Source of the DNA: Candidatus Latescibacterota bacterium | Lineage (GTDB): Bacteria > Latescibacterota > UBA2968 | Assembly: GCA_965208125.1 (NCBI GenBank) | Contig: OZ242320.1 | Coordinates: forward strand, 4,384,001-4,448,000 | DNA: 64,000 nt | Reading direction: 5' to 3' | Shown: one piece after another, positions 8,058 through 18,802 of the stretch | Layout of the letters: the number at the start of each line of letters is the position of its first letter | Numbering within the stretch: position 1 is the first letter of the stretch | Position numbers and translations under genes: made by a program | Notes under the pieces: model-generated | The model's database searches: none | Seen by the model: only the letters and a program-made list of their open reading frames with translations | What the model was told of the DNA's origin: nothing

Positions 8058-9931
8058 ACAGGAGTACCGCGTTTTTTTAGCATGATCATAAGCAGAGCAA
8101 TATCCGCAGGCGAAATGCCGGGAATGCGAGATGCCTGCCCCAGTGACCGAGGTCTAATGCGGGTAAATTTTTCAATAGCTTCATTTCGCAAAGCTGCAAT
8201 GGCAGCATAGTTAAAGTTTTCGGGAATATATTTTTTTTCCAGATTGTGAAAGCGTTGCACCTGCTCTTCTTGTCGATCGAGATAACCTTCGTATTTGAGT
8301 TCAATTTCGACCGATTCGCACACATCCTCGGGCAGGGTTTCAGAAGCAGGTGACAGTTGTGTGACAATGTCGTAAGACAATTCTGGGCGCCGCAAAAGTT
8401 CGGCGAGTGTCACCGCGCGTTTCAACGGGGAAGAATGCGACGCTTTGAGGGCTGTTTGAACGTTGTCGGTTGGGGTGAAGCGCGTGGACCGCAGCCGTTC
8501 GACTTCTTCATCGATTTGTCGTTTGCGCTTGCAAAAACGGTTATACGCCTCGTCGGAAAGCAGGCCAATTTTTCGTCCGAGTTCGCACAGGCGCAAATCC
8601 GCGTTGTCTTGTCGCAAGAGCAAGCGGTATTCGGCCAGCGAGGTAAACATGCGATAGGGTTCTTCTGTGCCTTTGGTCACGAGGTCGTCAATCAGTACGC
8701 CGATATAAGCCTGCGAGCGATCCAGGATTATGGGATCGTCACCTCGGGCTGTTAAGGCGGCGTTGATGCCCGCCATAATTCCCTGTCCAGCAGCTTCCTC
8801 ATATCCAGTGGTGCCGTTGATTTGCCCCGCGAAAAATAGACCGGCGATAGGTTTTGTCTCCAGGGTAGGATGGATTTGCGTCGGGGGCACATAGTCGTAT
8901 TCGACGGCATAGGCCGGGCGCATGATCTCTGCCCGTTCAAGGCCGGGAATGCTGCGCACAACTTCGACCTGTACATCTTCGGGCAGGCTCATCGATAGGC
9001 CGTTGAGATAGACTTCAAGGGTGTGATATCCCTCGGGCTCGAGAAAAATTTGATGCCCTTCCTTGTCGGGAAAACGCACAATTTTGTCCTCTACCGAAGG
9101 GCAATACCGCGGTCCCACACCCTGGATACGCCCGCTGTACATGGCAGAGCGATCCAGATTGCTGCGAATAATATCGTGCGTTTTTGGCACGGTCATTGTG
9201 AGATGACAACTGAGTTGCTCTTGCTCAATGCAGTCGGTATGATAGGAAAAAGGCCGGGGGTCTGTATCGCCGGGTTGTTCTTCGCAGGTGCCAAAGTCGA
9301 TGCTGCGCGCATTGACGCGCGGAGGGGTGCCGGTTTTGAGCCGCCCGAGTTCAAAACCGAGTTGTGAGAGGCCATCGGATGCTTTGTCAGCGGCTTGTTC
9401 ACCTGCGCGCCCTGCACTATAGGAAAAATCGCCCACATGAATGAGGCCCTTGAGGAAGGTGCCCGTGGTCAGGATTACGGTCCTGGCGGCAAAAACCGTT
9501 TTGGCTTTGGTGACCACGCCCTCAATACGTCTGTTTTTGACTACGAGGTCTTCGAGCAAACCCTGTTTGACGTCAAGGTGCGGCTGGTTTTCGATTACTT
9601 CTTTCATGCGAAATTGATATGCTTTTTTATCAGCTTGCGCCCGGGGGGCCTGTACGGCGGGTCCTCTACGCCGATTGAGCATGCGAAATTGCAAACCTGT
9701 GGCATCAATATTACGCGCCATTTCACCGCCCAGAGCATCAATTTCGCGCACCATATGGCCTTTTGCAATGCCTCCGATGGCCGGGTTGCACGACATCTGT
9801 GCGATAGTGTCGAGGTTCATGGTCAGCAGTAGTGTTTTACAGCCCATACGTGCAGAGGCCAGAGCGGCTTCTGCTCCCGCATGTCCACCGCCGACAACAA
9901 TGACGTCATATTTTTTTTCGTATGTCCACAT
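8054..9931 (-). CDS. mnmG: tRNA uridine-5-carboxymethylaminomethyl(34) synthesis enzyme
   Basis: VVGGGHAG, MSCNPAIGG, RLKTGTPPR, GPRYCPSVEDK, AGQINGTTGYEEA. Confidence 0.98.
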   Translation of the reverse strand: MWTYEKKYDVIVVGGGHAGAEAALASARMGCKTLLLTMNLDTIAQMSCNPAIGGIAKGHMVREIDALGGEMARNIDATGLQFRMLNRRRGPAVQAPRAQADKKAYQFRMKEVIENQPHLDVKQGLLEDLVVKNRRIEGVVTKAKTVFAARTVILTTGTFLKGLIHVGDFSYSAGRAGEQAADKASDGLSQLGFELGRLKTGTPPRVNARSIDFGTCEEQPGDTDPRPFSYHTDCIEQEQLSCHLTMTVPKTHDIIRSNLDRSAMYSGRIQGVGPRYCPSVEDKIVRFPDKEGHQIFLEPEGYHTLEVYLNGLSMSLPEDVQVEVVRSIPGLERAEIMRPAYAVEYDYVPPTQIHPTLETKPIAGLFFAGQINGTTGYEEAAGQGIMAGINAALTARGDDPIILDRSQAYIGVLIDDLVTKGTEEPYRMFTSLAEYRLLLRQDNADLRLCELGRKIGLLSDEAYNRFCKRKRQIDEEVERLRSTRFTPTDNVQTALKASHSSPLKRAVTLAELLRRPELSYDIVTQLSPASETLPEDVCESVEIELKYEGYLDRQEEQVQRFHNLEKKYIPENFNYAAIAALRNEAIEKFTRIRPRSLGQASRIPGISPADIALLMIMLKKRGTPV

Positions 9932-9937
9932 ATTTTT

Positions 9938-10966
9938 TTATAGCTGAGCGTGTACTGGTGTGCCAATCGATAGAAGATGATCGTTCTGCGATTCGCTTTG
10001 TATCGTTTCGACTTCAAATCCCAGATCGGTAATCATCTGGTGTGTATCTTCTACATCCAGGCCGCCTGTGGTCAAATATCCTTCCATAAAGAGCGAATTG
10101 GCGGGATAAAGCGCCAGAGGTTGGAGGGATCGGAGATTTTTTTCTCGACCACCCGCCACGCGAATTTCGGTTGATGGGTTGACAAATCGGAACAGACACA
10201 ATGCGCGCAGACAATCGTGAGGAGTTAAGGAATTTTGATTCGACAGGGGCGTGCCAGCGATGGGGTGTAAGAAATTGACGGGAATGGAGTTGACGCCGAG
10301 GTCGCGTAAAGACACTGCCATATCAATTATGTCGTTGTGGGTTTCTCCCATACCAATAATGCCGCCGCTGCACGTATCCAGACCCGCTTTTTGGATATTG
10401 TACAGAGTTTCTAATCGGTCTCCATAGGTATGTGTAGATACAATATGCGGCGTGTGCGCTTTGCTGGTGTTGAGGTTGTGATTGACGCGATCGACGCCCG
10501 CGTCTTTTAATCGCTGTGCTTTTTCGCCCGTCAGTAAGCCCAAACAACAACAGATGTCGATATCTACTTCCCGTTTGATCTGGCGAACTACACCTGTAAT
10601 GGCATCAACTTCATTGTCGGTGGGTGCGCGTCCACTCGTAACAATGCAGTAGCGATATGCGCCGTTTTCTTTGGCTTTGCGGGCTGCATCTATCATTTCA
10701 CGGGCTGGTCGCAGGGGATATTTATCAATTGGTGCGTTTGAGACAGCCGATTGCGAGCAATAGGCACAGTCTTCGGGACACAAGCCACTTTTGGCATTCA
10801 TCAGCACATGGATGTGTACTTTGCGCCCAAAATAATGATGACGCACCTGGTATGCCGCGTGCAAAAGCGGTAGAATATCGCGGTCAGGCATTTGAAGGAC
10901 AGCGTGCATTTCAGCGTTTGATAAGTCGGTTCCAGAGAGGATTTTTTGGGCATAAGAGGTGTACAT
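9938..10966 (-). CDS. bioB: Biotin synthase
   Basis: CPEDCAYCSQS radical-SAM motif, NHNLNT, SIPVNFL, RVAGGRE, ANSLF..YLTT. Start reassigned to ATG 10966. Confidence 0.96.
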   Translation of the reverse strand: MYTSYAQKILSGTDLSNAEMHAVLQMPDRDILPLLHAAYQVRHHYFGRKVHIHVLMNAKSGLCPEDCAYCSQSAVSNAPIDKYPLRPAREMIDAARKAKENGAYRYCIVTSGRAPTDNEVDAITGVVRQIKREVDIDICCCLGLLTGEKAQRLKDAGVDRVNHNLNTSKAHTPHIVSTHTYGDRLETLYNIQKAGLDTCSGGIIGMGETHNDIIDMAVSLRDLGVNSIPVNFLHPIAGTPLSNQNSLTPHDCLRALCLFRFVNPSTEIRVAGGREKNLRSLQPLALYPANSLFMEGYLTTGGLDVEDTHQMITDLGFEVETIQSESQNDHLLSIGTPVHAQL

Positions 10967-10998
10967 AGTATGTCCTGAATGTCTATACTTTTTTGTGG

Positions 10999-11520
10999 TT
11001 ATCGATAAAATGCAAGGCCGAGAGCTGCGGTTACAACAATGGCCAGAGCGGGATGAAGATTGAGAAAGTTGATGGCTGCAAAAGCAGCGACCGCAATGAG
11101 GGCCGTGTGCCAGGAAGTAACAGATTTGGGACACATTTCCCAGACCACGACGATTAAAAGCCCGACTACTGCCGGACGCACGGCTTTGAGCATGGCCTGT
11201 ACGAGCGGCGTATCTTTATAGTTCATAAAAAACAGACCGAGGATCATCATCATGAGCAATGAGGGGAATACCGTACCAAAGAGCGCGATCAAAAGGCCAG
11301 GTGTGTCGGCGACCTGGTATCCTATATACGCAGCCATTTTAGTGGCAATAGGCCCTGGAAGTGCATAGCCCATTGCAAGGGCGTCTGTAAATTCTTCTAT
11401 GGTCATCCAATCATTGCGATCGACGACTTCTTCTTGAATGAGGGGGATCATCGAAGGACCACCGCCATAGGCAAAGATGCCGACTTTGGTGAATGAAACA
11501 AACAGGTCCCATAGCTTCAT
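10999..11520 (-). CDS. Short-chain chromate transporter (CHR family)
   Basis: FAYGGG and ALPGPIA motifs, hydrophobic, 173 aa. Confidence 0.9.
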   Translation of the reverse strand: MKLWDLFVSFTKVGIFAYGGGPSMIPLIQEEVVDRNDWMTIEEFTDALAMGYALPGPIATKMAAYIGYQVADTPGLLIALFGTVFPSLLMMMILGLFFMNYKDTPLVQAMLKAVRPAVVGLLIVVVWEMCPKSVTSWHTALIAVAAFAAINFLNLHPALAIVVTAALGLAFYR

Positions 11521-11800
11521 TAAAACGCTCCTTGTAAGCGTAACAGATTGTTAAACATCAATGTTATGAATAAAATCGCTTCTTGTAACGAAATGGAAAT
11601 ATATCCATTTCACGCTTATGAAACAAGGTAAATCACATCGGGAATCGTCGAAATTACTGCCTGATTTTGCATTGGATTTTTTGCTGAGATTTTTTACATT
11701 TGAGCACGATTTTGTTGCGCGTTAATCTATTTTTGTGTAATTGTTCGGAAAGACGGCGCAATAGAAATGGAATAAGATCTGGTTTAATTTCTATTTATCG

Positions 11801-11829
11801 TTGACAATCCCGGACCTTTTTCCTATTAT
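11801..11829 (+). promoter_or_regulatory. Sigma70-type promoter
   Basis: TTGACA (11801-11806), 17 nt, TATTAT (11824-11829), about 30 nt upstream of ATG 11861. Confidence 0.7.
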
Positions 11830-11860
11830 GCCCGCTCTTTTTTGGTGGCGATTTACTCCT

Positions 11861-12586
11861 ATGTCGGCATTAAAAAAACTCCAAAAAATTTGTGATCAAA
11901 ATCCGACGTCCATTTTATTTGCACGTCTGGCAGATGGGTTGTTGCAGCAAGGAGAGGTCGCACGCGCAATTGAGGTTTGCCGCCGCGGTTTGCGCTATCG
12001 GCCTTCATATACGGCAGGCCATGTGGTGATGGGCAAGTGCTATCATGCGGCCGGGCATTATGAAGAAGCGCGTCTGGAGTTTCAAACGGTATTGCAATTA
12101 GATCCCGGTCATCTTGTCGCACACTGGTATATGGGCAAAATCGCATTGCAATTGGGCCGTGATGACCTCGCGCTCAAATATTTTGAACAGGCTCATGTGC
12201 GCGATCCATTTAGTCCCGAACTCATAGAGCAGATTCGCAAACTCAAAGGCGAGGAGCTTGAAGAGGAGCAGGACAACAGTCCTGAGTCTGACGGTCCTGG
12301 AGTCGTATCTGGAAGCGAAGCATTTGCTCAGGCGCTTTTAGAAGAAGATGACGAAGACGATTTGGATACGCTGGTTATGTCTCTTAAACGCGAGCCAAAA
12401 TCCGGGAGAGAGGCTCCTGTTATAGCAACGACCACGCTGGCCGAGCTATACGCGAGTCAGGGCCTTATTCCGGAGGCCATCGCAGTTTTGGAACAGGTGC
12501 TTGCCCGAGAACCCGACAATGAGCATCTTATTGCCCGTTTGAAAGCATTGCGGAATTTACCGAAACGAGAGGGACCGGAATCATGA
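11861..12586 (+). CDS. Tetratricopeptide repeat protein
   Basis: N-terminal TPRs (FARLAD..AIEVC..GL..P.Y..GH), acidic linker, C-terminal TTTLAELYASQG TPR. Start moved downstream of the promoter. Confidence 0.85.
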   Translation: MSALKKLQKICDQNPTSILFARLADGLLQQGEVARAIEVCRRGLRYRPSYTAGHVVMGKCYHAAGHYEEARLEFQTVLQLDPGHLVAHWYMGKIALQLGRDDLALKYFEQAHVRDPFSPELIEQIRKLKGEELEEEQDNSPESDGPGVVSGSEAFAQALLEEDDEDDLDTLVMSLKREPKSGREAPVIATTTLAELYASQGLIPEAIAVLEQVLAREPDNEHLIARLKALRNLPKREGPES

Positions 12587-13317
12587 ATCCTGAGTATGAC
12601 GGAATTGCGGAAGCGTATAGGGATTCCAAGCAACTCTCATTTCGAAAATATATTGAAGAATATACTTTTTTTGAGATATTGGGAGATATCCGAGGGGCAA
12701 TGGTCGTAGATCTGGCTTGTGGTGAGGGATTTTACACGCGCAAGATCAAGCGAGCCGGAGCAGCAGAAGTCACAGGCGTCGATCTTTCCGCAGAAATGAT
12801 CAAGTTGGCAGAAGAAGAAGAACGCATCCGTCCTCTGGGATGCAAGTACCTGAATCGAGATGTGACACAGCTCGATATGGTCGAATCTGTCGATGTTGTG
12901 GTGGCGATGTATCTTTTAAATTATGCCAGGACAAAAGAGGAACTTCTCAATTTCGTCCAAGTGGCTTATAATAGACTGCGACTGGGGGGGCGATTTATCG
13001 GATTTAATGATAATGTCCAGCATGTTCCCAGGGGAATTATTTCCTTTGCCCAATACGGATTTGACAAAGTGTGTACCCCTTCTCCTGAAGAAGGCGATAT
13101 TATTTTATATCAAATGATCAATGAAGATGGCACGCAGTTTGAGTTTAAGAATTATTTCCTCAAACCAGAAACGTATCAGTGGGCTTTTCAGAAAGCTGGT
13201 TTTTCCAATTTTCAATGGGTGGGGCCTTTTATACATCCATCTCAGCAGCACAACCCTTTTTGGGATGCTTTTATGTCTCATCCCCCGCTCATTGGCTTTA
13301 GCGCGTCAAAACAATAA
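12583..13317 (+). CDS. Class I SAM-dependent methyltransferase (ToxA-like small-molecule MTase)
   Basis: VVDLACGEGFY, GVDLSAEMI, YLLNYA. Confidence 0.85.
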   Translation: MNPEYDGIAEAYRDSKQLSFRKYIEEYTFFEILGDIRGAMVVDLACGEGFYTRKIKRAGAAEVTGVDLSAEMIKLAEEEERIRPLGCKYLNRDVTQLDMVESVDVVVAMYLLNYARTKEELLNFVQVAYNRLRLGGRFIGFNDNVQHVPRGIISFAQYGFDKVCTPSPEEGDIILYQMINEDGTQFEFKNYFLKPETYQWAFQKAGFSNFQWVGPFIHPSQQHNPFWDAFMSHPPLIGFSASKQ

Positions 13318-13362
13318 GTTCATATCCCGGCAGGGATGACCGTTGAAAACAAAGGATTGTTT

Positions 13363-13920
13363 ATGGTTTCTACTTCTGACTTTCGCAATGGTATGGTTAT
13401 TCGCCTGGATGGGCAGCTTTTTTTTATGACCGAGTTTGAGCATTTTAAGCCCGGCAAAGGTGCTGCGGTCGTGCGCACCAAGCTCAAGAGTGTAAAGTCG
13501 GGGGCTGTGATTGATCGCACATTCCGGTCGGGCGACAAAGTAGATGATGTCCGCCTGGAAAAACGAAAGAGCCAATACTTATATAAGCAGGATGCGTTTT
13601 ACATTTTTATGGATACCCGCACTTACGACCAATACGAAGTGTCCAGGGAGATAGTGGGCGATGCGCAAAAGCTGTTGCAGGAAAATGAGATTGTCGATGT
13701 ACTGATTGCCGAGGGAAATGCTCTGGGTGTGGAACTGCCCATTTTTGTGGAATTGAAAGTCGATCAAACCGATCCCGGCTTGCGAGGCGATACGGCCACT
13801 GGTGGCACAAAGCCCGCGCGCGTAGAAACCGGGGCGACAGTGCAGGTTCCGCTATTTGTCGAGATTGGCGATGTGTTGAAAATCGATACGCGCACCCAAT
13901 CTTATGTCGAACGGGTTTAG
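13363..13920 (+). CDS. efp: Elongation factor P
   Basis: KPGKG loop, PGLRGDTA, VQVPLFV, IDTR. Start set to ATG 13363. Confidence 0.97.
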   Translation: MVSTSDFRNGMVIRLDGQLFFMTEFEHFKPGKGAAVVRTKLKSVKSGAVIDRTFRSGDKVDDVRLEKRKSQYLYKQDAFYIFMDTRTYDQYEVSREIVGDAQKLLQENEIVDVLIAEGNALGVELPIFVELKVDQTDPGLRGDTATGGTKPARVETGATVQVPLFVEIGDVLKIDTRTQSYVERV

Positions 13921-13929
13921 GAGATTACT

Positions 13930-14415
13930 GTGAAAATTTCCAAGCAGATAATAGCGAGTGCGAAAGAACTCATCGATCTGATTGGTGCCGATGATGTGCA
14001 GGAAGTTGAAATTGAACGCAAGCTCTTTGGACGCGGACGCATTCGCATTGTGCGCGCCAGCCAACAAGCTCCCATAGTGCAAACGCTGGCCGCACCGCCC
14101 GCGTCAGCATCTGCACCTGTTGATGCACCTGAGTCTTCGGCTGAAGATGCAGTAAGTGAAGACGATGGCCGCTATCACACTTTGCGGTCGCCTATGGTGG
14201 GTATGTTTTACCAATCGCCAAACCCCGACGCGCCGCCTTATGCAACAGAAGGCGATGAGGTGGCGAGAGGACAGACACTGTGTATTATTGAAGCCATGAA
14301 AATTATGAATGAAATCGAGTGTGACGTGAATGGTCGGGTAGTGCGCGTACTGGTTGAAAATGCCGCGCCCGTCGAATACAATACGCCCTTGTTTTTGATT
14401 GATCCAGAAAAGTAG
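13930..14415 (+). CDS. accB: Acetyl-CoA carboxylase biotin carboxyl carrier protein
   Basis: SPMVGMFY, EAMKIMNEI biotinylation motif, Pro/Ala linker; GTG start after AGGAG. Confidence 0.95.
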   Translation: MKISKQIIASAKELIDLIGADDVQEVEIERKLFGRGRIRIVRASQQAPIVQTLAAPPASASAPVDAPESSAEDAVSEDDGRYHTLRSPMVGMFYQSPNPDAPPYATEGDEVARGQTLCIIEAMKIMNEIECDVNGRVVRVLVENAAPVEYNTPLFLIDPEK

Positions 14416-14516
14416 CCCCTCGGGGATGCCCATTCGCCGATTGTTGCTTGCCCTTCCCCTGCGAATGAGCAGGCCCTATTGACCTTTCCTTTGTACACCG
14501 TTACGAGATCATACCT

Positions 14517-15860
14517 TTGTTTGAGAAAGTTCTCATTGCTGACCGCGGCGAAATTGCGCTGCGCATTATCCGAGCCTGTAAAGAGTTAGGCCTGAAAACA
14601 GTGGCCGTTTACTCCGAAGCGGATAGCAATTCGCTGCATGTCGGTATGGCCGATGAAGATGTTTGTATTGGTCCACCTCCCGGCGAGCAAAGCTATCGAA
14701 ATATTCCGCGCATCTTAAGTGCTGCCGAAGTGACCAATGCCGATGCGATTCATCCGGGCTATGGCCCGCTGGCCGAGAATGCCGAGTTTGCCGAAATTTG
14801 CGGCACCTGCGGCATTGTTTTTATTGGTCCATCCGCAGAATCGATACGCAAGATGGGCGATAAGGCTATCGCACGAGAGACCATGCAAGGAGCCGGTGTG
14901 CCCGTTGCGCCAGGTACGGGAGTTTTGGAAAGCTATGAGGCGGCCCAACAAGCTGCGCGTAGCATTGGATACCCCGTGCGCCTCAAGGCCGTGGCAGGTG
15001 GAGGCGGACGGGGGATGCGCACTGTATTTTCAGAGCGCGAGTTAGAACGCGCGTGGCAAATGGCACAGGCCGAGGCACAGGCGGCGTTTACATCTGGCGC
15101 GCTCTATTTGGAAAAAGAGATTGTGCAGCCCCGGCATGTGGAGATTCAAGTGTTGGGAGATCTGGCTGGGCGTATTGTGCATTTGGGGGAACGCGAGTGT
15201 TCGGTTCAGCGTCGGCACCAAAAGCTTATTGAAGAGTCGCCTTCACCTGTAGTTGATGACGCCATGCGCCAGCGCATGGGAGAGGCAGCTATCAAAGGTG
15301 CGCTCGCGGTCGGGTATGCCAGTGCTGGCACGGTTGAGTTTTTGCTCGACACTTCCGGTGATTTTTATTTTTTGGAAATGAACACGCGCATTCAGGTCGA
15401 GCATCCGGTTACAGAGATGGTGGCAAGGCTCGATCTGGTCAAATGGCAGATCCGTATCGCAGCCGGTGCGTCTCTTTCTCAGTCTCAAGATCTGTTTGAT
15501 TTCAAAGGGCATGCTATTGAATGTCGAATCAATGCCGAAGACCCCGAGCATAATTTCAGGCCCTCGCCCGGCACAATTACTTCTTTTCATATGCCGGGAG
15601 GCCCGGGCATTCGCATTGATTCACACGTATATACGGGATATACGGTTCCTCCGCAGTACGATTCTCTTTTGGCCAAGCTCATCGGATATGGGGACACGCG
15701 CGACGAGGCAATTGCACGGGTGATACGCGCGCTCGAAGAGTTTGTGATCGAAGGCGTGCCAACGACCATTCCCTTTCACCTCCATGCTTTGCAACACGAG
15801 GATTTTAGGACGGGACGAGCAACAACGGAATTTGTGAATAAGTTGGGCTATGGGGGATGA
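14517..15860 (+). CDS. accC: Biotin carboxylase
   Basis: [49 protein letters not shown]; TTG start. Confidence 0.95.
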   Translation: MFEKVLIADRGEIALRIIRACKELGLKTVAVYSEADSNSLHVGMADEDVCIGPPPGEQSYRNIPRILSAAEVTNADAIHPGYGPLAENAEFAEICGTCGIVFIGPSAESIRKMGDKAIARETMQGAGVPVAPGTGVLESYEAAQQAARSIGYPVRLKAVAGGGGRGMRTVFSERELERAWQMAQAEAQAAFTSGALYLEKEIVQPRHVEIQVLGDLAGRIVHLGERECSVQRRHQKLIEESPSPVVDDAMRQRMGEAAIKGALAVGYASAGTVEFLLDTSGDFYFLEMNTRIQVEHPVTEMVARLDLVKWQIRIAAGASLSQSQDLFDFKGHAIECRINAEDPEHNFRPSPGTITSFHMPGGPGIRIDSHVYTGYTVPPQYDSLLAKLIGYGDTRDEAIARVIRALEEFVIEGVPTTIPFHLHALQHEDFRTGRATTEFVNKLGYGG

Positions 15861-15902
15861 AGCCCATTCTCACCCATAGGCAAAGGTATAAAGGAGCAGA
15901 AA

Positions 15903-16286
15903 ATGTCGGATATTCCAGAAGATTTACTTTTTAATAGCGATCACGACTGGGTTCGAATTGAGGGTGATACGGGCACATGCGGGATTACGGATTACGCGCA
16001 GGGCGAGTTGGGCGATATTGTATTTTTAGAATTGCCAGAGCCTGGCGATTTTGTTACTCAGGGAGAATCTTATGGCACAATTGAGGCGGTTAAGACTGTG
16101 TCCGATCTCATTGCACCAGTTTCGGGTGAGGTGGTGGATGTCAATACCCAGTTGACAGATGATGCTGCTCTGGTCAATGATGAGCCTTATGGAGAGGGAT
16201 GGATGATTCAAGTGCGCCTTTCAGATCCTTCAGAGACAGAGTATTTAATGGATGCTCACGCCTATGCAGGCCTGGTTGATGAATAG
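15903..16286 (+). CDS. gcvH: Glycine cleavage system H protein
   Basis: HDWV, GITDYAQGELGD, IEAVKTVS lipoyl-Lys, PYGEGW. Confidence 0.95.
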   Translation: MSDIPEDLLFNSDHDWVRIEGDTGTCGITDYAQGELGDIVFLELPEPGDFVTQGESYGTIEAVKTVSDLIAPVSGEVVDVNTQLTDDAALVNDEPYGEGWMIQVRLSDPSETEYLMDAHAYAGLVDE

Positions 16287-16302
16287 ATAGAGTGAATAAG
16301 GC

Positions 16303-16331
16303 TTGACACCTTGTAGTCAATACAATATATC
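16303..16331 (+). promoter_or_regulatory. Probable promoter with overlapping palindrome TTGAC-N8-GTCAA
   Basis: TTGACA at 16303 with AT-rich TATATC 17 nt later; inverted repeat spans 16303-16320. Confidence 0.45.
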
Positions 16332-16394
16332 ATGAAGATTTATATTAGAGAGTGGATGGGGAGAGGCTAATCGTTATTTTTGAGGTATTTGATC

Positions 16395-16922
16395 ATGCCC
16401 GTGACAATGCCCACAGTACTCAATCAGTCTGTGCTGGTGCTCAATCAGAGTTACGAACCTCTGCATGTGTGTTCTGTGCGCAGGGCTATTGTGCTGGTTT
16501 TTCGAGGTCGCGCCGAAGTTGTTGAAGCGTGCGATTCTCGCATCCATACGGTGAGCAATTCATTCCCCGTGCCGAGCGTGGTGCGTCTGGCCGTATATGT
16601 GCGCGTGCCTCCCAAACCGCTCGCCTTGACCAAGCGCAATATCTTAAAACGCGATGGGTTTCAGTGCCAGTATTGTGGCATTCGCCGCGGTCCGTTTACC
16701 ATTGATCACGTGGTGCCGCGGTCTCACAATGGGCGCAATTCATGGGATAACCTGGTGTGCGCCTGTCATCGGTGCAACAACCGCAAGGGCGACAATACGC
16801 CTGCGGAAGTCGGTTTGTCATTATTGCGCAAGCCGCAGTCTCCCAATCGGGTGACCTTTATTCGACATCATATTGGGGTGCCAGACCGTCGCTGGCGTCC
16901 CTATCTTTTTATGGATGATTAA
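16395..16922 (+). CDS. HNH endonuclease family protein
   Basis: VLVLNQSYEPL, RDGFQCQYCG, TIDHVVPRS, WDNLVCACHRCNNRKG. Confidence 0.92.
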   Translation: MPVTMPTVLNQSVLVLNQSYEPLHVCSVRRAIVLVFRGRAEVVEACDSRIHTVSNSFPVPSVVRLAVYVRVPPKPLALTKRNILKRDGFQCQYCGIRRGPFTIDHVVPRSHNGRNSWDNLVCACHRCNNRKGDNTPAEVGLSLLRKPQSPNRVTFIRHHIGVPDRRWRPYLFMDD

Positions 16923-16934
16923 AAGCGGGAACTG

Positions 16935-18002
16935 ATGGACAAAAAGCGAATTTTGACAGGTGATCGGCCCACGGGGCGTTTGCATCTCGGGCACTATGTC
17001 GGGTCTTTGAAAAACCGCGTGGCCTTGCAAGATGATTACGAGAGCTATTTTTTAGTGGCCGACCTGCACATGTTGACTACACAGCCTCAAAAAGAACACA
17101 TCGATGCATTGCGTGAAAATATCTATGAGATGGTATTGGATTATTTGGCCGTGGGTATAGATCCTCAAAAATCGACCATCTATTTGCAATCGGCTATTCA
17201 CGCTGTGTACGAGATGAATCTGTTTTTTGAGATGCTCGTGACTTTGCCCCGCGTGGCGCGGTTACCCAGTGTGAAAGATATGGCACGCGCGGCGAATATG
17301 ACCGAAGAGGCAATTCCATTTGGCCTGATCGGGTATCCCGTGCTTCAAAGTGCCGATATTTTGATGCCGCGCGCGCATGTTGTGCCCGTGGGGAAAGACA
17401 ATGAGGCGCACGTTGAAGTGACGCGGGAAATTGCGCGTCGGTTCAACGCGTATTACGGCGATGTATTTCCCATTCCCGAACTCCTCATGGGCGATGTGCC
17501 TACTCTGGTGGGAACCGATGGGCAGGCCAAGATGAGCAAAAGTCTCGACAATGCAATTTTTTTGTCTGATGATGAAAAGACAGTAGAAAAAAAAGTGCGC
17601 GGTATGTACACGGATCCCAATCGCGTTCGCGCAGATATTCCGGGGACGGTTGAAGGCAATCCCGTATTTATGTATCACGATGCGTTTAATCCCAATGTCG
17701 CTGAGGTTGAAGATCTCAAAACCCGCTATCGCCAGGGCCGCGTGGGCGATGTTGAAGTGAAAGATAAATTGGCACGCGCTCTCAATGTGTTTCTCGCCCC
17801 TATCCGCCAGCGCAGAGCATATTTTGCGGCGCAGTCGGGTTATGTCGAGCAAGTGATTTACGAAGGTACGCTCAAAACGCAAGTACTCGCACACGAAACT
17901 CTCGTGGCTATGAAAAAGGCGATGGGTTTTACTGGCGTATGGAATCGGATTTCTCGCAAAGCGCGAGATAGAATGAAAAAACAAGAGAAGGAGGCGCGAT
18001 GA
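16935..18002 (+). CDS. trpS: Tryptophan--tRNA ligase
   Basis: [34 protein letters not shown]. Confidence 0.97.
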   Translation: MDKKRILTGDRPTGRLHLGHYVGSLKNRVALQDDYESYFLVADLHMLTTQPQKEHIDALRENIYEMVLDYLAVGIDPQKSTIYLQSAIHAVYEMNLFFEMLVTLPRVARLPSVKDMARAANMTEEAIPFGLIGYPVLQSADILMPRAHVVPVGKDNEAHVEVTREIARRFNAYYGDVFPIPELLMGDVPTLVGTDGQAKMSKSLDNAIFLSDDEKTVEKKVRGMYTDPNRVRADIPGTVEGNPVFMYHDAFNPNVAEVEDLKTRYRQGRVGDVEVKDKLARALNVFLAPIRQRRAYFAAQSGYVEQVIYEGTLKTQVLAHETLVAMKKAMGFTGVWNRISRKARDRMKKQEKEAR

Positions 18003-18802
18003 TTGCATCCAATTTGACAGCTCGATTCGATCCGGATGCCGCGCCTTATGGCGTGAAGCTCGATTTGTTTGAAGGTCCGCTGGATCTGTTGCTCTTTCTC
18101 ATTCAAAAAAACGAGATTGATATCTACGATATTCCCATCGCCAATATTACGCGGCAATTTTTAGAATACGTCGAGATCATCCAGCGGTTAAACTTAGAGG
18201 TTGCCGGCGATTTTGTCGTGATGGCCGCCACATTGATGCGTATCAAATCGCGCATGTTGTTGCCCTCTGATCCAGAGGCTGAAGAGGAAGAAGGAGATCC
18301 GCGTGAGGAATTGGTGCGCCGCTTGTTGGAATACCAGCAATTCAGAGAAGTAGCCTCGTGGATGGATGAGCAGCAGACGGAGTACCGCGATGTTTTTTAT
18401 CGGGGGGCTTCGATGGATTTGGAAGATATTCGAAAGCAACACGCAGATGAAGTCGGGGAATTTCGTCCCGTGAGTCTGTTCGAATTGCTTCGCGCCTTTA
18501 AGCAAGCGATGGATGCGGCACCAAAAGTCGATTTTCACGAGGTGACGCGGGTTGATGTGACCACAGAGGAGCGCGCCGAATACGTGCTCGATGTACTTGA
18601 ACGACGACATCAGATTCCATTTAGTGAACTGATTGCCAGTGCATATCGCATTGTGGTGGTAGTGACATTTATCGCTTTGCTGGAATTGATGAAAGAGGGA
18701 AAAGTCCGCGTTCAACAGGCTGATATCGATGGAGAACTCTGGGTTTATCGCCGCGATGCTTTAGACACGGCGTCTTTCGAGGAGGGCACAACCGATGTCT
18801 GA
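17999..18802 (+). CDS. scpA: Segregation/condensation protein A
   Basis: [41 protein letters not shown]. Confidence 0.95.
   Translation: MIASNLTARFDPDAAPYGVKLDLFEGPLDLLLFLIQKNEIDIYDIPIANITRQFLEYVEIIQRLNLEVAGDFVVMAATLMRIKSRMLLPSDPEAEEEEGDPREELVRRLLEYQQFREVASWMDEQQTEYRDVFYRGASMDLEDIRKQHADEVGEFRPVSLFELLRAFKQAMDAAPKVDFHEVTRVDVTTEERAEYVLDVLERRHQIPFSELIASAYRIVVVVTFIALLELMKEGKVRVQQADIDGELWVYRRDALDTASFEEGTTDV

Noticed and set aside
10967-11134. Cys/His-rich N-terminal extension of BioB in the ORF track
   Set aside because: Overlaps the CHR gene in another frame; BioB homology starts near ATG 10966.
11521-11600. Possible BirA operator upstream of the CHR-bioB run (TGTAAGC...GTTAAACA)
   Set aside because: Half-sites are imperfect and the spacing is shorter than the usual BirA palindrome.
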